Assembly (NCBI GenBank): GCA_044892505.1
Contig: CM097883.1
Location: forward strand, 395,334,587-395,376,000
DNA from: Schmidtea nova
Lineage: Eukaryota
Direction of reading: 5' to 3'
Length of the DNA: 41,414 nucleotides
Below are positions 35,801 through 41,414 of the stretch, piece by piece. Each line of letters starts with the position of its first letter. The stretch's first letter is position 1. The translations under genes were made by a program, and so were the position numbers. The notes under the pieces are model-generated. The model made no database searches. It was not told the DNA's origin and worked only from the letters and a program-made list of their open reading frames with translations.

Positions 35801-36321
35801 CAGCGCCGTGCTGTAACTTTTGGGGGCCCTGTGCAGAAACTAAAAAAATTTTTTTTTAATTTGAATTAATTTTTTATTGATTTTATTAAAAAAAATAATA
35901 CAAAGCAATTATAAAGTAATTTTTCTAGCTTTTTTGCTGGCAAATTCATTAATTATATCATTGTAATCAATTGCTCTGACTGTTGCATTTCCAATCGGCA
36001 GTATTGCCAATCCAGGAAGTCTTTCCTGTGACATTGTAGACCGTAGCTAATTTTCAATTAATTTTAGTTTTGAAAACGATCGTTCACAATGAGCAAAGGT
36101 AAAATGGGTACTGTTAAAATTATTCGATATATGATACATACATTTGGATCTAATTCTTCCAAACTTCTTTCTAAAATGTATTCCAAATTCTCCATAATAG
36201 TATAATTATCTTATTAAATATATTTTTGCTAATGGAGAAGTTTTTCCAATGTATTTAATATTTGGGGGCCCCTCAAAAATAGGGGGCCCAGTGCCATTGC
36301 ACTTGCGATAGTACGGCGCTG
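35801..36321 (-). mobile_element. hAT deletion derivative carrying the dimerisation-domain remnant
   Basis: TIRs CAGCGCCGTGCT and AGTACGGCGCTG. The minus strand reads RIILTVP..CERSFSKLKLIEN*LRSTMSQERL.GLAIL...IDYNDIINEFASKKARK. Confidence 0.9.
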
Positions 36322-36902
36322 TATTCTTTTACTTCACTTTCTATCACTTTATCTTTGGCTTATCATCAGGATCCCCAAAAACTTCTAGTTGCCACAGAGC
36401 AATACTACAACATTTTTCATGAAGTGAAATAGTAAGGCAATGCATGTAAAACTTAGAACTTCTTTGAAAATTGAGTTTTATTTGAAAAATTATTTATCAG
36501 TCTTTCTAGAAATGGCTAAATACATCTAATATTAGCACTTTGGCGGACAGTAGAAATTAGTTGTTGGAAAGTGAAGGGACATTTCTGGGAACCAATTTTG
36601 CAACTATATATGATAACGGTTTGTATTTCAATTGAAATCTTACTAATTGCTCATACATAAAAATAAAATGATTTTTAAATGATCATTTAAATTATATTTC
36701 AATACTTTATTTCGCATCTGCATATGCTGTTTTGTCCCAATACCTGAAAAAAATAAACGACAGCATCTCCCGTCGGGTCCTTATATTTTCTAATTTTATC
36801 GGTGGCATAGATATTCGCCTCTGCGCACTTTAAGTGCTCAACAGAAACTGTTTGCAAGCGCACCCGGCTGCCTTAGCTTTATTATTTCAATCACTTGAAA
36901 TA

Positions 36903-37245
36903 TCTTTTCAAAAAACATTTGTCGGATGACTTTTTGTTTTTAACAAGTAAAGTGCGCAGAGGCGAATAGGAAATTCATCCGCCATGTTTGCAAGTTACAG
37001 ATTATCTGTAAGACCTTGCATATTTTATTGATGTGAAATGCAGTGTACCAGGTATGGTATTTAACAAAGTTGTTTCGACTTTGCTTTATACTTACCTGGC
37101 GCGGAGAGAAATTTTCGCGTCTCCTGCATAGCACGGATGAGAGCCAAAAGCTCGAAACTAGTCTGCTATTAAGGATTTGCACTGGGTATCACAAAGCTTT
37201 ACTTGTTAAAAACAAAAAGTCATCCGACAAATGTTTTTGAAAAGA
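36903..37245. mobile_element. Cassette bounded by ~50-bp near-perfect inverted repeats, containing a hammerhead
   Basis: 36903-36952 and 37197-37245 are reverse complements differing by one A in a homopolymer. Confidence 0.7.
37128..37169 (+). ncRNA. Type I hammerhead ribozyme motif (U4G variant)
   Basis: ATAGCA CGGATGA GAGC-CAAAA-GCTC GAAA C TA GTC / TGCTAT. Stem I is 6 bp, stem II is 4 bp and stem III is palindromic (ACTAGT). Predicted cleavage after C37163. Confidence 0.8.
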
Positions 37246-37358
37246 ATTTTATTCTTTATTAATAAACAAATAAACCTTTAATATTAAAATATTTGATTGA
37301 AAGTTTTCACTCAAAAAAGACTTTAAGGCAGAAAATAAAAAAATAAATAAATAAAATT

Positions 37359-37792
37359 TTAAAATGGACTAAAAAGGAGAAAATAGTTTTTCCTACACCA
37401 ACACAGGAAATTCCGAGAGCTTATGATTTTAAGATTTTAAAATCTATGAAAACATTTGTGAAATATAAAATGAAAAACGTGGAGCGCACGCATTTTTGAT
37501 GTAATATAGTTCCAATAACTACATAATACTTAAGAAGTTTAACTATGATGTTAAAAGAATTCACTCCTTAGTTAAAACCACTTGTGAGTTGAGCATAATT
37601 AAATTGTTAATGAAACATCGGAACTATATTATAATTTATACCTACAATGAATATATTACAGGCGCTCCACGTTTTTCATTTTAAATTTCACAAATGTTTT
37701 CTTAGTTTTTAAAATATTACAATCATAAGCCCTCAGAATTTTCTGTGTGGGTGTAGGAAAAATTATTTTCTCCTTTTTAGTCCATTTTAAAA
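37359..37792. mobile_element. Foldback/MITE with ~130-bp inverted arms
   Basis: 37359-37487 (AAAATGGACTAAAAAGGAGAAAAT...AAAAACGTGGAGCGC) and 37662-37792 are imperfect reverse complements around a ~175-bp AT-rich core. Confidence 0.8.
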
Positions 37793-38191
37793 ACGTGGTA
37801 CATTACAAAAAAAATTTATTTATTTATTTTTTTTCTATTTAGCTCAACATCTATTTAGCTACTGATGCAATGTATCTTAACCAGTTCTTAATAAGGACAG
37901 AATCCAAAGCATATTATATCGATAATTTAAACAGAAATATAAGATCGCGAATATGTATATTTTTACATTTGTCTGTGTGTACAAGTGTGTGTGCATGTAT
38001 AAGCAATTCCCATAAATAGTTTAATTAATGTGCAATTGCTTATATCACTCATCCTCCAATGAAACGCATTCTATATAAAAAATGTTACTGCACTTGATTA
38101 GTCATTGTAGCAGATTTAGTTAGTTCGATTTCTTTTCGGTTTTCGAAATAAGTATTTATTACTTTTGACGAATTATGTCATATAACTATAG

Positions 38192-38231
38192 GAAAACAGG
38201 CTTAGTGGCACGTGATTTTGGAGGATCTTAT
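38192..38231 (+). CDS. Candidate small exon of gene 2 (KTGLVARDFGGSY)
   Basis: tatag acceptor and GTAAGT donor at 38232. In frame with the next exon. Could instead be 5' UTR. Confidence 0.5.
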
Positions 38232-38360
38232 GTAAGTACTATATTCATCGTTCTCATAAATTGTATGTAATATAAAAATGAAATGTGAATTTCTGTAATT
38301 ATAAATTAAATTCCAAGATTTATTGCAGATTTAATTTTTGATTTACTGAAATTATTTTAG

Positions 38361-40019
38361 TACAATCCATCCAATTCTTCAGTTAAAAATTACGGTACCT
38401 CAACAAGCAGTTCAATGTTTCGAAATTTTGAATCTTCATATCAATCAAAGTATAATGCAAACAAATCTTATTCAAAACCAATTTCAGAACAAATATCTAA
38501 AAACAGCTACGGAATTAGTGGAAAATACAATTCTAATGAATATAATTTAGAATATAAACCAGCAAGAAAATCGATAAGAGATTTATCGAATTCTCCATCT
38601 GTTAAGTATTCGTCAATGAGAATTAATGAAACATCGCCTTATTCTACATATAGCAGTCGACAAGGAAGTAACTCCTATCTTTCTGATAAGGATTCATCAA
38701 GGTATATTCCTAGTTCGATTTCCTCTCGAGAATCATTTATGAGTCCTTCAAATTCTTATTCAATAATTAACCGAGAATCAGTTCAGAAGGAAGCCGAAAC
38801 CAAAAATAAAGAACCAATACAAAGTCCTAAACAGTCAAGTTATGTATCCAAGTATAAAAGAAATTTTGATGACAATGCTGATGATTCACTTAATAAAAAT
38901 GAAGCTAAACAAGAAAATGAATCAAAATACGATATGATTAGTAAAACAAGTAGAGGCACGTGTACCCCTTTAAGTATTAATGAAGATAGTGATAAAGAAT
39001 GCAGCCTCATATCTCGAACAAGAACAAGAAGATATCCCAAACAAAATATTCGCATTGAAATGGGTAGTACAGTTCTAGTTGGAAATTTAACTCATATCGG
39101 AAAAGATATATCTACACAGACTAGTGATGATATATTTTTACCATCTCCAAGAATTAGGCAACCCTCTTATAAAAGTGGAAGTTCTAAGGGCTCAATTTCA
39201 ACATCGTCGTATTATAACCGCGGATTGGACAATAATAAATATGCTAGAACACCAAGAAGTAGCTGGAAACATCATGTTGCAGACACTAGTAACAATAATG
39301 TTCAGAAAATAGAGGAGAACAAGTATTTTGACGATTATTCCAAATCATCGTCACGGGAAAAACTCCAGTCTCCGAAATCGCCAACACACAAAAGAACAGC
39401 GCCTGTTGTGTCAATTAAAGATTCCATAGAAAAAGTAAATGAATGGCAAATTCAAAATCAAATTTTAGAATCGCAGAGCAATTCTAACAGATCTCCGGTT
39501 CCAAGATCACCCAATTATCATGACCTTCATGCTGTTACTAAGCCTTTTTACCAAAAAAAAAGTTCAACGGATGAAATTCAAATGACGGATAAAAGGGAGC
39601 ACTCAGAATCAAACAATAAAGAAAATAAAGTGAAGGAAAATCTATATTTAACGAAATATACCGATTTGGATTTACTCTTGGAAGATCAATTTATCATAAA
39701 TAAAGATAGCAAAAAGCAAAATTCAAATATTAAACTCATTTCTTACAATAGCAATCTTGAAGACTCGACATCTTTATCAAATGAATCTACGCTGCTATTT
39801 AATTCTAAAGCTTCTAAGGAAATTTTTAATTCTATGCCTATTGACTTGCAACATATTATTGTGAAATCCAAAAGCCGAAAGATCAAATTCAAAGATCTCA
39901 TAGATATTTCTAGAAATGAAAATTACATGCAAAAGTTCTCTGATGAAAGTGAAAGATCATTCAAAGGGTATATAAATGCTAGTGAGATGCTCGTAGATTT
40001 AGGCTTAAACATAGAAAAA
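38361..40019 (+). CDS. Large exon (553 codons) of an unidentified Ser/Lys/Asn-rich, probably disordered protein
   Basis: Open frame of 1659 nt in AT-rich DNA, with a ttttag acceptor at 38360 and a GTAAGT donor at 40020. Contains ORF 38415-40067. No family recognised. Confidence 0.85.
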
Positions 40020-40509
40020 GTAAGTTCAATTTTTCTTTTCATAATAATAAAAATAATTGATTTATAAAAATTAATTTACCACATCTTACCAACTTTTTAA
40101 TTTTATTGAATTCATTTTTATTGATTTTAATTTAAAAAAATAATACGATGAAAATCGCAGCGTATAATTAAATATACAAACTAATCGTTAAACCTAAAAT
40201 TAATATGTAATATCCGCACTAACATTAACGGCAAACACAAAAAATATAAACTAATAATAATACCGTATGTTATAATTTGCGAAAATTCACTATTTGTCCA
40301 CAACAATTAAAATAAAACGTATTCCTGTTGAGAACATTGAAATTATAGTACTTTTCACTTATAGAACACTTTAAAAAGACAGGAGAAAACAATTTAAAGC
40401 AAAAAACAACTGAATTATTAGGTATGCTTGTATAAAATTAAATCGTAGCCAACTAGATTTGTTTGAAAGTTAAATGAATTTTGTTTTTTTCAATTCCTGG
40501 TAATTTTTT

Positions 40510-40604
40510 TGCTATTAGAGAAGTTTTTCTAATGTATTTAATATTTGAGGGCCCCTTAAAAATATGGGGCCAAGTGCAATTTCACTTGCGATAGTATGGC
40601 GCTG
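40510..40604. mobile_element. Isolated terminal fragment of the hAT family at 35801-36321
   Basis: AGAAGTTTTTCTAATGTATTTAATATTTG...CACTTGCGATAGTATGGCGCTG closely matches 36236-36321. Confidence 0.85.
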
Positions 40605-40665
40605 CATTTTACTAAATATATTAATAATTTATATGAATTCATCTAATTCTTTTTTTACGCAATAG

Positions 40666-40711
40666 ATACATTCCATGAAAACTCTAGCAAAAAAACGTTA
40701 TCCATATAAAG
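40666..40711 (+). CDS. Candidate next exon of gene 2 (IHSMKTLAKKRYPYK)
   Basis: CTAAT branch-like motif, pyrimidine tract and AG at 40664-40665. Donor GT at 40712. Phase 0 matches the preceding exon. Confidence 0.45.
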
Positions 40712-41414
40712 GTAGAGGATTGGTTCTACATTTGTAAAATCAACTTAAATAATGTGATCAGAGTATACAAACTCAAGGCTTTTACATGCTTTAGATAATT
40801 TGTATTTAAATGCATATCTGACATGTTTATGTGAATGATATTTTAACAAAACGCATAAGGAAAAATACTAACAAAAAATATCAAAATTTAACAAAACAAA
40901 AGAAATTATTTTAATGAAATAAAAAATGACAAAATATAACATAAATGAAATGCGCATTCGTTTATGTAAGACTTGGACGTCACTTTCTTCCCTAGAAATA
41001 TTTTCCACTACATTTTCATTCTCAAGTAGTGCTGGTGTTTCAGTGGTTTTAGTAAAGAAATCCATTACCAATTGCTATATTCCTATTTTGATAAGAGTGT
41101 TATGTAATTCTGATAATTACCCATTAATAATTTCACTCTTCGTTGAAATTTCACAGCTCTTTCCTCAATAAGATCATGCTTGCTAATTGATTGCTCAATT
41201 TGTACATACATGCTTTTTCTTGCTAAAAATGAAATTTTGTAATGATTTTATTGAATCGCGTATAAACAGAATCAGCTGCATTTTTTCATTTGTAATTTTT
41301 ATGAATGGAAAATTTTGTGTTCAATAGGTGAATGGATAAAGCTAAAAATTGTTCATGGTTTAATTATTTGTTGAGCACTGTCTTGGTCTATATTTATATA
41401 AAATAAAAGTACAA

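Noticed and set aside
37088-37250. Complete U1 snRNA gene
   Set aside because: Similarity stops after ~15 nt. The U1-70K loop (GATCACGAAG), Sm site and stem IV are absent. The downstream TTGCAC is shared with the non-U1 hammerhead copy.

Overview
This is AT-rich eukaryotic (metazoan) genomic DNA with two assembly gaps, and it is not prokaryotic. The main gene is the 3' three-quarters of a calpain-5/6 (CAPN5/TRA-3-type) gene on the + strand: 9 GT-AG-bounded coding exons from 4824 to the stop at 28408, about 467 aa (part of CysPc, then domain III and a C-terminal C2 domain). The exon with the catalytic Cys lies upstream of the window. The catalytic His is kept, but the catalytic Asn motif RNPW reads CHPS. 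The large 5' introns (11.3, 4.9, 3.2 and 1.7 kb) are filled with mostly decayed transposons: Tc1 DD34E, two DD34D mariners, a DD35E element, pogo/Tigger, hAT, Mutator-like, Penelope and LTR remnants, including a three-level nest. Three of the 3' introns are only 39-46 nt. Downstream are decayed tandem ubiquitin-like domains, LTR-retrotransposon debris, more MITEs and the start of a second + strand gene with a 553-codon Ser-rich exon of unknown identity. The most unexpected signal is four type I hammerhead ribozyme motifs. One is an intact Penelope-type minimal motif 3' of a GIY-YIG remnant. The other three share one module, joined to a tRNA-like head in two copies (a divergent pair around a palindrome) and to a U1-snRNA-5'-end-like stretch inside a 50-bp inverted-repeat cassette in the third. 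All calls come from manual reading; no searches were run.
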